Source: a virus
UHGV virus genome: UHGV-1440563
DNA: 7,995 bases
Strand: one strand, 5' to 3'
Part shown: piece after piece, positions 6,899-7,995 of the stretch
Layout of the letters: each line of letters begins with the position of its first letter
How positions within the stretch are numbered: position 1 is the stretch's first letter
The notes under the pieces: generated by a model
Databases searched by the model: none
Told to the model about the DNA's origin: nothing
Seen by the model: the letters and a program-made list of their open reading frames with translations, nothing else
Translations under genes and position numbers: made by a program

Positions 6899-7081
6899 AT
6901 GGCAAAGCGCACGACTTATAACGTGACGGAAGAAAGAAAAATGAAACTAGAACGACTGGCTATAAATGCCAGTGTAAAACTAGGAAAAACAATTACATGG
7001 ACAGAGATTTTAGGTTATCTGATTGATAACTACTCTAAAGATGCAGCAGAAGATCTCATGTCTGCCAAACAAAAGGATTAA
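6899..7081 (+). CDS. Small (60 aa) putative ribbon-helix-helix (CopG/Arc-like) DNA-binding protein
   Basis: Pattern of short polar/hydrophobic strand (TTYNVT), helix (EERKMKLERLAINA), Gly-containing turn and second helix (ITWTEILGYLIDNY) resembles CopG-type RHH repressors. Only a weak SD. Divergent from gII, with the repeat array between them. Confidence 0.5.
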   Translation: MAKRTTYNVTEERKMKLERLAINASVKLGKTITWTEILGYLIDNYSKDAAEDLMSAKQKD

Positions 7082-7135
7082 GTACCACGAATGGTACAAA
7101 CGTGCAGTATTACCTACACTGCACGTTCTTTTTTG
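7082..7135 (+). terminator. Tandem hairpins after the 60-aa ORF: GTACCA-cgaa-TGGTAC (7082-7097), then a perfect 9-bp stem ACGTGCAGT / ACTGCACGT (7100-7108 and 7118-7126) followed by TCTTTTTT (intrinsic terminator)
   Basis: Read directly. GC-containing perfect stem plus T-run immediately 3' of the stop codon at 7079-7081. Confidence 0.65.
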
Positions 7136-7180
7136 TGCAAATTATAAGCAGCAAGGACGTTAACGAAAAGAAAACTAGTA

Positions 7181-7209
7181 TCGACATTCGAAATGTTAAC
7201 TATTATTAA
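7181..7209 (+). promoter_or_regulatory. Possible sigma70-type promoter for the Doc-like gene (-35 TCGACA 7181-7186, 17-nt spacer, -10 TATTAA 7204-7209); GTTAAC palindromes at 7160-7165 and 7195-7200
   Basis: Hexamer inspection only; both hexamers are imperfect. Confidence 0.25.
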
Positions 7210-7233
7210 CAAATAGAGTAATGGAAGAATATA

Positions 7234-7968
7234 ATGATCACTATAGAAGAAGCAACATCGGTCCATGAATATTTAACAAATTACTATCAAAACTCTGATG
7301 ATCCTATCTCTCCTCCGGGAATAAAAAACATAGAGCTTTTAGAGTCTGCCATAGCAAGACCTTTTATGACCATGAACAGAAAGGATGTCTATCCAGATGA
7401 TTTAGATAAAGCCGCAGCTCTATTTCATGGTGTCATATCCAACCACTGTTTCCATAATGGTAATAAAAGAACAGCACTTCTACTAACCATGTGCTTTTTA
7501 GACCGAGCTGGATATTGGCTGGATAAGTGTGATGACCTGCAACTCTTTGAATTTACAAGAAGTGTTGCGGCACATGAGATATGTAAAAATAGAATTGATG
7601 AAATAAAAACAATCAAGGCATTTTTCCGAAGTAATTCACGGAAGAAAAAAATCACAGATGAACAATTGAGTTTTATTGCATTAAGCAGGCATCTAACCAA
7701 CGCAGGTTTCAATATAGAAGACGATGGTGACTATTACTCTATCTTTAAAAATAATAAAAGATATACAAAAATAATAAAAAAAGGCGCATCAGGACATGAA
7801 AAATACGATCCACAATACATAAAATCCCTTAGAAAAAGATTGCTTCTTACCCCGAAGTATGGATGGGATAGCATAAGGTTTTATCAATTATATTCATCAT
7901 TGACGGAAAACATTGGTGAATTATTACGTTTACGTGGAGAGGTAATGGACTGGCTTGCAAAAATATAA
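7234..7968 (+). CDS. Doc/Fic-family protein (death-on-curing-like toxin domain, residues about 1-125) fused to an unassigned Lys-rich C-terminal region of about 120 aa
   Basis: Motif HCFHNGNKR (residues 71-79, nt 7444-7470) fits the Doc signature HxFx(D/N)(A/G)NKR. The surrounding region aligns with P1 Doc as I recall it (...PGI.N.ELLESAIARP..., NKRTALL..., ...AAHEI). GGAAG SD 6 nt upstream. Confidence 0.8.
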   Translation: MITIEEATSVHEYLTNYYQNSDDPISPPGIKNIELLESAIARPFMTMNRKDVYPDDLDKAAALFHGVISNHCFHNGNKRTALLLTMCFLDRAGYWLDKCDDLQLFEFTRSVAAHEICKNRIDEIKTIKAFFRSNSRKKKITDEQLSFIALSRHLTNAGFNIEDDGDYYSIFKNNKRYTKIIKKGASGHEKYDPQYIKSLRKRLLLTPKYGWDSIRFYQLYSSLTENIGELLRLRGEVMDWLAKI

Positions 7969-7995
7969 TTAAAAAATTTGTTTGGTAGCTGGATA

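Larger units (their letters stand above)
69..7995 (-). mobile_element. Ff-like filamentous phage or prophage (Inoviridae); core genes 869-6771 with accessory cargo on both flanks; true ends not determinable
   Basis: Eleven collinear minus-strand genes matching the Ff gene order and recognisable by similarity to remembered M13 proteins (pI, pIV, pVI, pVIII, pIII, pII). Left limit placed at the dif-like site; right limit is simply the window edge. Confidence 0.6.

Noticed and set aside
7124-7136. GTTCTTT string resembling the Ff pII nick site
   Set aside because: It is on the window plus strand, whereas the viral strand is the minus strand; it is part of the terminator T-run, and the adjacent sequence does not match the Ff nick-site hairpin.
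7425-7712. Track ORF 7425-7712 (-), 95 aa
   Set aside because: Antisense to the Doc-like gene, whose frame is supported by the Doc catalytic motif.

Overview
Most of this window (about 869-6771) is a complete Ff-like filamentous phage (Inoviridae; M13/f1/fd, IKE, If1 type) gene set on the minus strand, in the canonical order gII(gX)-gV-gVII-gIX-gVIII-gIII-gVI-gI(gXI)-gIV. Calls rest on my reading of the six-frame translations against remembered M13 protein sequences and motifs; no database search was run. Where Ff phages have a short non-coding intergenic/origin region, this element carries accessory cargo on both sides. Right of gII: an array of TGAGTTCA direct repeats, a 60-aa ribbon-helix-helix-like ORF, a strong intrinsic terminator, and a 244-aa Doc/Fic-family protein (HCFHNGNKR motif) with an unassigned C-terminal extension of roughly 120 aa. 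Left of gIV: a long hairpin straddling the gIV stop, a 102-aa helical ORF, a 77-aa CxxC...CxxC zinc-ribbon ORF, a bidirectional terminator hairpin, and a dif-like XerC/XerD site with an unusually long 11-nt central region. The best candidates for an undescribed system are the orphan Doc-like gene and the two-gene module next to the dif-like site. Host and phage boundaries cannot be fixed from this window.
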